A stretch of DNA of 64,000 bases. Origin: Bacteroidales bacterium. GTDB lineage: Bacteria > Bacteroidota > Bacteroidia > Bacteroidales > UBA932. The first letter of the stretch is position 1. Each line of letters begins with the position of its first letter. Below, piece by piece: positions 37,955 through 47,466 of the stretch. A program made the position numbers and the translations under genes. The stretch covers positions 90,567 through 154,566 of the forward strand of contig JAFUFP010000045.1 of the NCBI GenBank assembly GCA_017469845.1, given 5' to 3'. The notes beneath the pieces are model-generated. The model saw only the letters and a program-made list of their open reading frames with translations, did not search any database and was not told where the DNA came from.

Positions 37955-38010
37955 CCTCAAATCAAAGATCAAATGTTCTGCCGGAATCGCTAAAAAAATC
38001 AAAATCCGGC
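37955..38010 (+). repeat. 56-bp direct repeat, copy 2
   Basis: cctcaaatcaaagatcaaatgttctgccggaatcgctaaaaaaatcaaaatccggc. Confidence 0.9.
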
Positions 38011-38201
38011 GGATAATCGGCGTGACCTCACGCAAGGGAACGTTCCCGATGAACGGGCAATACCCCCCCCGATATTTTCCTGACCGGAGACCTGCTTTCA
38101 TGCAAGATTGACCGAAAAGGAAAAGAATGGCTCCTTTCGGAAAAATTGATTCTCCATATCCCTCGTAACTTTGCCGATCGGACACAAAAGAATGCATCGG
38201 C

Positions 38202-38993
38202 ATGAAATATTCCTCTCTATATCCCATCACGGCATCAAATATCGACAGGGAATACCGTCTTTCCGTGGACGGCCTTCTGACGTTCCACGAGAATACGGTC
38301 GCGCGCTACATGACGCTCCTGGGCCTGGCCGCCTTCGACCTTCAGAAAACCGACCTCACGTGGGTCATCTCCGAAATCAATCTCCTTCTTCCGGAGCCTC
38401 CTTCGATATGGTCGGAGGATATCCGCATAACGCTGTGGATAAGCGAGATGTCTTCCCTCAGAGTATGGTTTGACTTCATCGCGGAAGAAGTCCATACCGG
38501 AAAAGCGGTAGCCAAAGGGAACAGCTGCTGGTCACTGATTTCGATGTCGGAAAGAAAGCTCCTCCCCTGCTCGGGACTCATTCCCGAGGACAGGGTTATC
38601 CCCGAGTTTGCAGCGGGTCCCCACAGGAAACGGCCGCTTCCCTTCGAAGAGGACGGAAGGCGGGAAGGGATTCTCCATAAGGTGAACCGCCTCGACCTCG
38701 ACTTCAACGGCCACATGAACAACCGCCGTTACATTCCGATGGTGGTACTGTCTCTCGGGGAAGATTATCTTAGCGGAAGAAGGCCCGATTCGCTCAACAT
38801 AAGGTTCTTGAGGGAAGCTCGTCTCGGGGACTCCCTTTCAACCTACATCTTTCCTACGTCAGAGGAGGACTCTTTCGTGGGAAAGATTCTTTCGGACGAA
38901 GGCGGTGAAGAAGTCTGCCGCATAACCCTCCATTGGAGAGAAAGGGAAGAAACGGAGGACATCGCCTCGACCAATTACGTGAGGAACCCCTAA
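38202..38993 (+). CDS. Acyl-ACP thioesterase (double hot-dog)
   Basis: DLDFNGHMNN catalytic motif; N-terminal hot-dog with TWVISEI. Confidence 0.85.
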   Translation: MKYSSLYPITASNIDREYRLSVDGLLTFHENTVARYMTLLGLAAFDLQKTDLTWVISEINLLLPEPPSIWSEDIRITLWISEMSSLRVWFDFIAEEVHTGKAVAKGNSCWSLISMSERKLLPCSGLIPEDRVIPEFAAGPHRKRPLPFEEDGRREGILHKVNRLDLDFNGHMNNRRYIPMVVLSLGEDYLSGRRPDSLNIRFLREARLGDSLSTYIFPTSEEDSFVGKILSDEGGEEVCRITLHWREREETEDIASTNYVRNP

Positions 38994-39101
38994 GACGCTA
39001 TCCCGAGAGCATCCTCTCCTGGAAAAGTGAGAGAAAACCTTCTCCACATCTTTGACAAAAGCGAACAATTCCATAAATTGGCCTCACAAAATGAAGCCGA
39101 T

Positions 39102-40277
39102 ATGGAAACTGTTCAACGTAAGCGTGAAGTCTGGATCGATTACCTGAGGGTCATCGCATGCTTCATGGTACTTACCGTACACTCGACGGAACCTTTCTAC
39201 CTCGGAGGTGAAGGGTCGCAGATACTTTCTTTGAATGAAGGCATATGGGCGGCCATATTCCTTTCAGTGACAAGGGGCTGCGTGGCGCTTTTCGTCATAG
39301 CGTCTTCATACCTCCAATTCCCCATTCACTACCCTACCGGAGAGTTTCTGCGCCGAAGGGCTACAAGGGTTCTAGTGCCCCTTGTGGTATGGCTGCTCAT
39401 CTACGCTTTCTATTGGGGTGAGCCGGTCCACAACCTGCGCGACCTGCTGGTGAACTTCAACTATTCGGCAGGACACCTCTGGTTCGTGTACATGCTCATA
39501 GGACTGTATCTTCTCATGCCCCTTCTCTCCCCATGGGCCGAAAAGGTCGGCAAAAAGGAACTTCAGGCATATATCTGCATATGGCTCTTCACTTCCCTGA
39601 TCCCGTTCATCAGGGATTACCTTGGTGGAGGCCAGCTCTCGATGACATACGGAACCGGAGGATTGCCCCAGTTCGCGAGATACCCCGTATGGGGAGAAGC
39701 CAGCTGGAACCTCTACGGCACTTTCTATTATTTCAGCGGCTTCATAGGATACCTCCTTCTGGGGCTGTATCTCCGTAAATTCGTCGGAGAGCTCTCCTGG
39801 GGAAAGACCCTTTCCGTATCCATCCCCTGCCTTCTGGGAGGATTCGCGATATGCGGAGGAGGATTCCTGCGGAGGATTTTCCTGTCATCCGGCGGGGAAT
39901 TCCCCTACTCGGGTCCCCTTTCCCAAGGTGTATGGTGGGAAACATCCCTTTTCAATGACGCCCTCGGAACCGTCCTCGTCACGATCGGATTCATCCTCAT
40001 CATAAGGAAGATTTCCTGCGAAGGGAAATTCTACCGGAAAGTTGTGCTTCCCGTTTCGCAGGCGAGCTACGGAATGTACCTCGGCCACATGATAATCCTC
40101 GCCGCTTTCTCGGGACTGTTCCTGGGCATTTTCGGAAGAGGCGAAGAAGGGATTCTGGGAATATGGACTCCCCCTGTGGAAATACTTCTCACGGCCTTCT
40201 GTTCATACACTTGCGCCGCTATCGCCGCAGTTCTCATAAGAAAGATCCCTAAAGTCGGGAAATGGATAATCGGCTAG
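39102..40277 (+). CDS. Acyltransferase family 3 (membrane O-acyltransferase)
   Basis: WIDYLRVIACFMV..VH, VALFVIAS, HLWFVY and SYGMYLGH; multiple TM helices. Confidence 0.88.
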   Translation: METVQRKREVWIDYLRVIACFMVLTVHSTEPFYLGGEGSQILSLNEGIWAAIFLSVTRGCVALFVIASSYLQFPIHYPTGEFLRRRATRVLVPLVVWLLIYAFYWGEPVHNLRDLLVNFNYSAGHLWFVYMLIGLYLLMPLLSPWAEKVGKKELQAYICIWLFTSLIPFIRDYLGGGQLSMTYGTGGLPQFARYPVWGEASWNLYGTFYYFSGFIGYLLLGLYLRKFVGELSWGKTLSVSIPCLLGGFAICGGGFLRRIFLSSGGEFPYSGPLSQGVWWETSLFNDALGTVLVTIGFILIIRKISCEGKFYRKVVLPVSQASYGMYLGHMIILAAFSGLFLGIFGRGEEGILGIWTPPVEILLTAFCSYTCAAIAAVLIRKIPKVGKWIIG

Positions 40278-40303
40278 AACTACAATCCCCTCCTGGACCA
40301 TAT

Positions 40304-40345
40304 AAAACGCATCCTCACGCAAAAGCTGCATGAGGATGTGTTTTT
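40304..40345. terminator. Bidirectional terminator
   Basis: aaaacgcatcctca...tgaggatgtgtttt inverted repeat between convergent genes. Confidence 0.65.
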
Positions 40346-40363
40346 ATCATGTCGCCGGGACAT

Positions 40364-41791
40364 CTACTCCACCTTGATCGAATTCAGCAGCTGAAGTTTG
40401 CCCTTGTCGATCAGCCTTATTATGAGTTCCCCGAAAAGGGTATTCTGCCATGCGAACCACTCCCTCGTGAAATTCGTAGGATCGTCCTTATGGAAACTCT
40501 CGTGCATGAACCCCGTACCGGCGTCGGTGGAAAGAAGGGTTTCGACGCACCACTTGATTTCGGCGTCATCATCGGAGGTGAAGGCCTTCATCATTATGCT
40601 CATCGGCCAGATCATGTCGTAACCAACGTGCGGTCCTCCGATTCCTTCCCCTGCTTTTCCCTTGAAGAAGAAGGGATTATCCTCACTCCAGACAAAGCGG
40701 CGGGTCCTTCGGTAGATGGGATCGTCGGCCATCTCGGGGTCAAGGTACGACATCGCCAGAAGCGAAGGGACATTGGCGTCATCCATGAGGAAACGGTTCC
40801 CGAAACCGTCCACCTCGTAGGAATAGATTTCCCCGTATTTGGGGTGGTCATAGACGGCGTAGACCCGAAGGGCAGTCTCCACTTCGTCGGCGAGGGCCCG
40901 GCAATCCGAAGCGAGGGCGGTTTCACCGTTGACGGATTCGAGGATTTCGGCGGCTTTGCGGAGCGAGCTCACCGCGAAGAAGTTCGACGGGACCAGGAAC
41001 TCGAAGGTCGTGGCGTCATCCGAAGGACGGAATGAAGAAGCGATGAGGCCAACGGGATTGACGGGGTTTCCCAATCCTGCACAGGCCTTGGTGTCGAGCT
41101 GGCGGTCAGTTACTCTCAGGAAAGTATAAGGCCCGTGGCCCTCTTTCCTTTGTTGGACACGGAAGGTATCGTATATCTTCCTGATGGCCGAAAGCCACAC
41201 TTCGTCGAAAACCGAACTGTCTCCTGTGACCTTCCAGTATTCGTGGGCGAGACGTATGACGTAGCAAGGGGAATCCACTTCCCACTTTCTCTCGTGGTCA
41301 TTGGGGTTCATGTCAGTATTGTCGGACATCCAATATCCGCCGGTGGGGCCGTCATTGAAAGCGTTGGCGTACGGATCGATGTTCACAAGCGAAAGCTGGC
41401 AACGGACAACGCCCTCCAGAAGTTCACGGAGGTGCTCATCCCGGGATGCAAGCTGCAGATACGGCCATACCTGCGCCCCGGAATCCCTCAGCCACATGGC
41501 ATGGATGTCACCCGTGTAGACGAATGTCCTGGGGTTCCCGTTCTCATCGGTGGAGAAATGCACAGTCGTGTCGAGGGTGTTGGGGAAACAGTTGCGCATC
41601 ATCCAGCGGAGTTTCGGGTTCGTAAGGAGCGAACAGACTTCGTCTATCTTCTTTTCGACCGCCTGTGAAGTGAAGAGCCTCTCCCCTACGGGAGGACGCC
41701 GGTCGGGATACTTCTCACCTTGGGCGGAGACACTTCCGCAAAGGAGCAGGGCCGCAGCGGCGGCCGTTATCTCAAGAAAAAGTTTCATCAT
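40364..41791 (-). CDS. GH125 exo-alpha-1,6-mannosidase family
   Basis: TGDIHAMWLRDS, ERKWEVDS, FRPSDD, EVDGFG...MDDANVPSLL and W.NTLFGE. Confidence 0.92.
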   Translation of the reverse strand: MMKLFLEITAAAAALLLCGSVSAQGEKYPDRRPPVGERLFTSQAVEKKIDEVCSLLTNPKLRWMMRNCFPNTLDTTVHFSTDENGNPRTFVYTGDIHAMWLRDSGAQVWPYLQLASRDEHLRELLEGVVRCQLSLVNIDPYANAFNDGPTGGYWMSDNTDMNPNDHERKWEVDSPCYVIRLAHEYWKVTGDSSVFDEVWLSAIRKIYDTFRVQQRKEGHGPYTFLRVTDRQLDTKACAGLGNPVNPVGLIASSFRPSDDATTFEFLVPSNFFAVSSLRKAAEILESVNGETALASDCRALADEVETALRVYAVYDHPKYGEIYSYEVDGFGNRFLMDDANVPSLLAMSYLDPEMADDPIYRRTRRFVWSEDNPFFFKGKAGEGIGGPHVGYDMIWPMSIMMKAFTSDDDAEIKWCVETLLSTDAGTGFMHESFHKDDPTNFTREWFAWQNTLFGELIIRLIDKGKLQLLNSIKVE

Positions 41792-41815
41792 AAAGCGTTT
41801 TTCAGTCTTCTGGCA

Positions 41816-44092
41816 CTATTCCTCTGAAAGTGAATAGGGTCTATCTTCGGGAGCGGTACCCCTTTCCGAGGAAGGAGCGGAAGACATATCAAAGAATATC
41901 TTGCCGCCTCGGACAATATCGGAATGGTTGATGTAATTCTTCGTCCAGGATTTTCCGCCCATCTTCATTTCCCTCACGAACATGTTCTCCGATGAATTCT
42001 CCGGAGCCTCGACAAGAAGATCTCCGCCCGGAAGATGGACCGTGACCTTTTTGAAAAGCGGGGTTCCGAGGGCGTACTGTCCGCTCGCGGGACATACCGG
42101 GTAGAATCCCAGCGCGGAGAACACGTACCAGGCCGAAGTCTGTCCGTTGTCCTCGTCGCCGCAGTATCCGTCCGCCCAGGGGGTATAGAATTTCTCCATC
42201 ACTTCCCTCACCCTCGACTGGGTCTTCCAGGGCTGGCCGCTCCAGTCATAGAGATAGAGCATATGCTGGATGGGCTGGTTGCCGTGGGCGTAGTTGCCCA
42301 TTCCCATGACGGTCATTTCGGTGATCTCGTGTATCGGGAATCCGTAATACGAGTCATCGTATTTGGGAGGCATGAGGAAGACTCCGTCAAGAGTGGCGTT
42401 GAACTTCTCTTCTCCGCCCATAAGGCCGATGAGACCCTTAACGTCGTGGAAAACGCTCCAGGTGTAGTGGAGAGAATTCCCCTCAGTGAAGTCCCCTCCC
42501 CATTTGAGAGGACTGAAGGGACGGCGGAACTCCCCGTCCTCCTTCCTTCCGTTCATCAGGCCGTTTTCGCTGTCATAGAGATTGCGGTAATTGAAGGCGG
42601 CCTTCCTGAAGGGGGCAAGTTCCTCTTCGCTCTTTCCGAGGGCTTTGCCGAAAGTGTAAATGCACCAGTCATCGTAGGCGTACTCGAGAGTGCGGGCCGC
42701 GTTCTCGCTGATGCCCACATCACAGGGTACGTACCCCAGGGAATCGTACCATTCGTATCCGAGCCTTCCGGTGGAACCGACCTCCGGATGGACCGCATGC
42801 GCCCCATGGACGACGGCCTCCCAGAGTTTTTCAGCGTCATAGCCCCTGATTCCGCTGACGAAGGCGTCGGCCACAACCGAAGCGGAATTGTTGCCCACCA
42901 TACAGTTACGATGTCCAGGCGACTCCCACTCCGGCAGGAATCCGCTTTCGAGGTAATCGTTGACGAGTCCCTCCTGGACCTTCACCGAAGTCTCGGGATA
43001 GACGAGGTTCATAAGCGGGAAAAGACTCCTGAAAGTGTCCCAGAAACCGGTGTCGGTGAAGAAGTATCCGTTTTCCACTTTCCCGGTGTGTGGGCTGTAA
43101 TGGACCCTCTCCCCCGAAGGGGTTATTTCCGAAAGGTCCCTCGGGAAAAGGAGGGCCCTGTATAGGCACGAGTAGAATGTGCGAAGATGGTCGATATTGT
43201 CATCCTCCACTTCGATCCTTCCGAGAGCGGAGTTCCAAGCCTGTCTTGCCAAAAGTTTCGTTTCGTCGAAAGTTGAAGGAAGTTCCTCCAGATTCTCCTC
43301 AGCCTGATCCAGGGAGATGAACGAAGAAGCGACCCTAAGATGTACCTTCTGTCCCGCCTTCGTCGGGAATCCCACTATAGCCTGGGAATGGGGTGAAGAA
43401 ACTTCATCCTCTTCCACCACGGCCCCGTCAGAAATCACATCGGAGAAGACGAACGGAGTGTCGGATTCGATTATGAACCAGTTCCGGAAATTCTCTCCCA
43501 CTCCCCCGTGGTTATGGGTATTGTACCCGACGATCCTGTTTTCCGAAACCCTTATCCATGAGTCTCCGGGGAAAGCGTCCACGACAAGATACGACATCTC
43601 CATTTCGGGATACGTAAGACGGAAGAAAGCGGCATGCGAAGTCGGGGTGAGTTCCGCCGTCACGTCATGGTCGGCAAGATACACGCTGTAATAATAAGGT
43701 GTAGCCGTCTCGGCCTTGTGCGAGAACCAGCTTTCCCTTTCGTCCTCATCCCAAACGGGTCCCGTCGTGACCGGCATTATCGAGAAGGAGCCGTAGTCGT
43801 TGATCCACGGTGAGGGCTGATGGGTCTGCTTGAGGCCGCGGATATGGGTGGCGTCATAACGGTAGGTCCATCCGTCACCGTCCTTTCCGGTCTGCGGGGT
43901 CCAGAAATTCATACCCCACGGAACGGCCACCGCCGGGTAGGTGTTGCCGGTGGAAAGGCTGAATGTCGACAGCGTTCCGCAGAGCGGATTGACATAGTCG
44001 ACTGGTTCTTCCATTTTGAAAGAAGGCTTTTCCGAGCATGAGAGGGCAAGGGCAAGGAAAAGTGACGAAAGAATGATTCCGGGATGTTTCAT
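41816..44092 (-). CDS. GH92 alpha-mannosidase lipoprotein
   Basis: Start ATG 44092, lipobox ALSC; GNTYP, WGMNFWTPQT, QTHQPSPWINDY, GFWDTFR, YAHGNQP and GDEDNGQ. Confidence 0.93.
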   Translation of the reverse strand: MKHPGIILSSLFLALALSCSEKPSFKMEEPVDYVNPLCGTLSTFSLSTGNTYPAVAVPWGMNFWTPQTGKDGDGWTYRYDATHIRGLKQTHQPSPWINDYGSFSIMPVTTGPVWDEDERESWFSHKAETATPYYYSVYLADHDVTAELTPTSHAAFFRLTYPEMEMSYLVVDAFPGDSWIRVSENRIVGYNTHNHGGVGENFRNWFIIESDTPFVFSDVISDGAVVEEDEVSSPHSQAIVGFPTKAGQKVHLRVASSFISLDQAEENLEELPSTFDETKLLARQAWNSALGRIEVEDDNIDHLRTFYSCLYRALLFPRDLSEITPSGERVHYSPHTGKVENGYFFTDTGFWDTFRSLFPLMNLVYPETSVKVQEGLVNDYLESGFLPEWESPGHRNCMVGNNSASVVADAFVSGIRGYDAEKLWEAVVHGAHAVHPEVGSTGRLGYEWYDSLGYVPCDVGISENAARTLEYAYDDWCIYTFGKALGKSEEELAPFRKAAFNYRNLYDSENGLMNGRKEDGEFRRPFSPLKWGGDFTEGNSLHYTWSVFHDVKGLIGLMGGEEKFNATLDGVFLMPPKYDDSYYGFPIHEITEMTVMGMGNYAHGNQPIQHMLYLYDWSGQPWKTQSRVREVMEKFYTPWADGYCGDEDNGQTSAWYVFSALGFYPVCPASGQYALGTPLFKKVTVHLPGGDLLVEAPENSSENMFVREMKMGGKSWTKNYINHSDIVRGGKIFFDMSSAPSSERGTAPEDRPYSLSEE

Positions 44093-44363
44093 AAAAAAAC
44101 GTAAATAGCTGTGCTGTCCCCCAAATATACTGCAAAAACTGAGAAAAAACTTTCTCCGGAGGATAATTCGCCCCAAGGAAGGCCGGGGCGGAGTTTTTCC
44201 CGAAGGGCGAATAGAGAAAAAAAATGGGCCCAAAGTTCAATTTCTTTTGGATTTCCGGCAATAAAGCAGTAATTTGCAAGACCTCTTCAGAATCTTTATT
44301 AAAATTGTTAAAAACCCCACTCTCTTATTTCACGAAATGGAAGTTTGGGGTATCTTTGCAAAC

Positions 44364-46319
44364 ATGATTTGGACATTATTCAAGCTATTGGGCTGCATCG
44401 CCGTTCTCATGTACGGAATGAAGGTGATGAGCGAAGCCCTTCAGAAGATGGCGGGACCGGGACTGCGCCACATTCTCGGAGCCATGACCACCAACAGGTT
44501 CACGGGAGTACTGACGGGTATGTTGATCTGTGTGGCGGTTCAGTCTTCAGCGGCGACCACCGTCATGACGGTCTCATTCGTCAACGCCGCTCTCCTCACC
44601 CTCTCGCAGGCCATCTCGGTAATCATGGGAGCGAATATCGGAACGACGCTTTCCGCCTGGATAATGTCAGCCGGATTCTCGTTCAACATCGCGAACATCG
44701 TCTGGCCGATATTCCTGATAGCGATTGTCCTCATCCAGTTCCCGAAACGGCGATACATCGGTGACTTCCTCTTCGGAATCTCCTTCCTCCTTTTCGCCCT
44801 CGGCACCCTGAACGCCACCGGAAGGGAGATGGACCTCGCCCACAACGAATCCGTCGTGAACTTCTTCGCTTCGTTCGATTCGGGCAGTTACCTCACGATC
44901 ATCCTTTTCCTCATAATAGGAGCCATCCTCACCTGCATAGCGCAGTCTTCGGCCGCCCTGATGGCCATCACAATGGTCCTCTGCACTTCGGGAGTCCTCA
45001 CCATCTACCAGGGTATCGCCCTTGTCATGGGTGAAAACATCGGAACGACCGTAACCGCGAACGTAGCCGCACTGTCGGCCAACACCCAGGCTAGAAGAGC
45101 GGCCCTCGCCCACCTCCTTTTCAACGTATTCGGAGTGCTGTGGTGCCTTTGCATCTTCTATCCCTTCGTCAACACGGCATGCTCCATAGTGGGAGTCGAC
45201 CCCCACGCCGAGACTCAGAGCGCCGCCAGGCTCTCCTTCGTTCTGGCGACCTTCCATACGATGTTCAACGTCATCAACACGAGCATCCTCATCTGGTTCA
45301 TACCCCAGATGGAGAAGATCGTATGCAAGATCATTCCTCAGAAGAAGATGGATGTCGAAGAAGAGTTCCGTCTGCAGTACATCCAGGTCGGTATCATGAA
45401 GACCCCTGAAATCGCGATATTCCAGGCCCAGAAGGAGACCGAGCTCTTCGGTCAGAAGATGGCCCAGATGCTCCAGATGGTCCGTGACCTTTACAAGGAA
45501 ACCGACATGGACCGCTTCAAGGAGAAACAAGCCAAGATCCGGAAGATGGAGGAGATGTCCGACCGTATGGAAAGCGGCATCGGCAGCTACCTGGCCCAGG
45601 TCGGAAACGCCCACCTGAGTGATGACTCAAAGAGAAAGATCCGCACGATGCTCCGCGCAATCAGCGAACTTGAAAGTACCGGAGACAGCCTCCTCAACAT
45701 GTCAAGGACAATGGAGCGCAAGCTCTCCCAGAAGGCCACCTTCACCGCCAATCAGGAAGAGGGTATCGCCCAGATGTTCGACCTTCTGGCCGACGCCATC
45801 GACAATATGGGCAAGGTCATGACCGGAGACGGTGACATCGAAGTTTCGCTCGCGATCGAGAACAACATCGACACCCTGAGGACCAAGCTCCGCAACCAGA
45901 ATACCGCCGACGTGGATGAGGGCAAGTATTCGTTCGTGGTCGGAACCATCTTCATCGACCTCGTACGCGAATGCGAGAAGTGCGGTGACTACATCATAAA
46001 CGTCGTCGAAGCCAAGAAGGGAAAGAGGGAGAATGAAGTCGACACCGACTCCCTCGTCGTGGATCCCGAGAAGAAGACCGTGACCCTCAACGGGGAGGAC
46101 CTTCTTTTCACCAAGACCGAATTCGAGATCCTGAACCTCCTTGTCGCCAATCCCGGCAGGACGTTCTCAAGAAGCGAACTGATCGACATCGTATGGCCCA
46201 AGGACGTGGTCGTCGGAGAAAGGGTCGTTGACGTGAACATCCGCCGCATCCGCCAGAAGCTCGGTGACATGGCCAGCAGGATCAACACGAGAGCCGGATA
46301 CGGATACTACTTCGAATAA
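44364..46319 (+). CDS. Na+/Pi cotransporter (NptA type, PhoU-like tail) fused to an OmpR/PhoB-type winged-helix DNA-binding domain
   Basis: Two repeats QSSAAT...GANIGTT and QSSAAL...GENIGTT; helical PhoU-like region ending ECEKCGDY..NV; then FTKTEFEIL.LL..NPGRTFSR.ELI..VW...VDVNIRRIRQKL...I.TR.GYGY; -7 box at 44351-44358. Confidence 0.9.
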   Translation: MIWTLFKLLGCIAVLMYGMKVMSEALQKMAGPGLRHILGAMTTNRFTGVLTGMLICVAVQSSAATTVMTVSFVNAALLTLSQAISVIMGANIGTTLSAWIMSAGFSFNIANIVWPIFLIAIVLIQFPKRRYIGDFLFGISFLLFALGTLNATGREMDLAHNESVVNFFASFDSGSYLTIILFLIIGAILTCIAQSSAALMAITMVLCTSGVLTIYQGIALVMGENIGTTVTANVAALSANTQARRAALAHLLFNVFGVLWCLCIFYPFVNTACSIVGVDPHAETQSAARLSFVLATFHTMFNVINTSILIWFIPQMEKIVCKIIPQKKMDVEEEFRLQYIQVGIMKTPEIAIFQAQKETELFGQKMAQMLQMVRDLYKETDMDRFKEKQAKIRKMEEMSDRMESGIGSYLAQVGNAHLSDDSKRKIRTMLRAISELESTGDSLLNMSRTMERKLSQKATFTANQEEGIAQMFDLLADAIDNMGKVMTGDGDIEVSLAIENNIDTLRTKLRNQNTADVDEGKYSFVVGTIFIDLVRECEKCGDYIINVVEAKKGKRENEVDTDSLVVDPEKKTVTLNGEDLLFTKTEFEILNLLVANPGRTFSRSELIDIVWPKDVVVGERVVDVNIRRIRQKLGDMASRINTRAGYGYYFE

Positions 46320-46476
46320 AAAATCCCTAAGGGAAGTTCAATAATGCGGGGCGGGAACATTTTCCGTCCCGCAGCCGTCTCCGACGGACGGAGCCGTCCG
46401 GATTTGGAAAACAGGAGCACTTTCGCCATCTTTATGGTGCAAAACGGACCGGGAGGTCCACCTGAAACAAACCATC

Positions 46477-47424
46477 ATGAACAGGGAAAAGGAGATATAC
46501 AAAGTGACCCTTGCGGGAAGCGTGATCAACGTCACCCTGACGGCAGGAAAATTCATCGCCGGAATACTCGGACACAGCGCCGCGATGATAGCTGATGCGG
46601 TGCATTCGCTGTCAGACCTTCTCACCGACGCTGTCGTCATCATTTTCGTACACATCAGCGGCAAGCCCGCCGACCGCAGCCATGAATTCGGTCACGGGAA
46701 ATACGAGACCCTGGCCTCGGCCTTCGTCGGCATGGCCCTTCTGGTGGTCGCCGGAGGCATAATCTTCAATGCGGTCGAGACCATCATCGAGTGGGCGAAC
46801 GGTAACGACATCCCCCGTCCCGGAATGGTGGCCCTTTGGGTCGCCGCGGCCTCGATCCTCCTCAAGGAACTGGCGTTCCGCTTCACAATAGCCAAAGGCA
46901 GGGAACTTTCCTCCCAGGCCCTCGAGGCCAACGCCTGGCACCACCGCAGTGACGCCCTCTCCTCAATCGGCACATTCGTCGGAATCGGAGGAGCGATACT
47001 CCTCGGTGACCGCTGGACCGTGCTCGACCCCATAGCATCAATAGTGGTGGGATTCTTCATAGTGAGGGTCGCCTGGAAACTTCTCAAGGAGTGTTTCGGA
47101 GACCTGATGGAAGCTTCACTGCCTGAGGAGGTAGAGAAAGAGATCCTCGACATCGTCACTTCTTTCCCGGACGTTTCGGATCCGCACAACCTCAAGACAC
47201 GCCGCATCGGAAACAACTACGCCATAGAAATCCACATAAGGATGGACGGTGACATTCCGCTGGTGAAGGCCCACACGAGGGCGTACTACATAGAAAAGGC
47301 GTTGGCGGAACATTTCGGGAAGGAGACCCATACGATCATCCACATCGAGCCGGTCAAGCCTTTCAGCAAATACGGACCTGACCTTGAGAAAATCCTGCCC
47401 GAACAGATTTCTGACGTCCAATGA
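46477..47424 (+). CDS. Cation diffusion facilitator (FieF-like) transporter
   Basis: ADAVHSLSD, FGHGKYE and NAWHHRSDA; C-terminal metal-binding domain. Confidence 0.92.
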   Translation: MNREKEIYKVTLAGSVINVTLTAGKFIAGILGHSAAMIADAVHSLSDLLTDAVVIIFVHISGKPADRSHEFGHGKYETLASAFVGMALLVVAGGIIFNAVETIIEWANGNDIPRPGMVALWVAAASILLKELAFRFTIAKGRELSSQALEANAWHHRSDALSSIGTFVGIGGAILLGDRWTVLDPIASIVVGFFIVRVAWKLLKECFGDLMEASLPEEVEKEILDIVTSFPDVSDPHNLKTRRIGNNYAIEIHIRMDGDIPLVKAHTRAYYIEKALAEHFGKETHTIIHIEPVKPFSKYGPDLEKILPEQISDVQ

Positions 47425-47466
47425 TCCCTACGATCCGCCTCTTCCCGGTGAAGGGAAATCCAGCGG

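Noticed and set aside
25113-38010. CRISPR or integron interpretation of the repeat pairs
   Set aside because: Each repeat occurs only twice, with gene-sized spacing; no cas gene, integrase or attC-type core sites were recognised.
38063-38070. C8 homopolymer upstream of the thioesterase as a phase-variation tract
   Set aside because: Short, intergenic and not clearly within a promoter spacer; no evidence of variation.
43875-44363. Upstream extensions of the GH92 (to 44233) and Na/Pi (from 44274) ORFs, and similar extensions at 5936, 12597, 28677 and 61158
   Set aside because: The extensions cross AT-rich promoter regions; signal peptides, lipoboxes or -7 boxes indicate the downstream ATGs used in the feature list.
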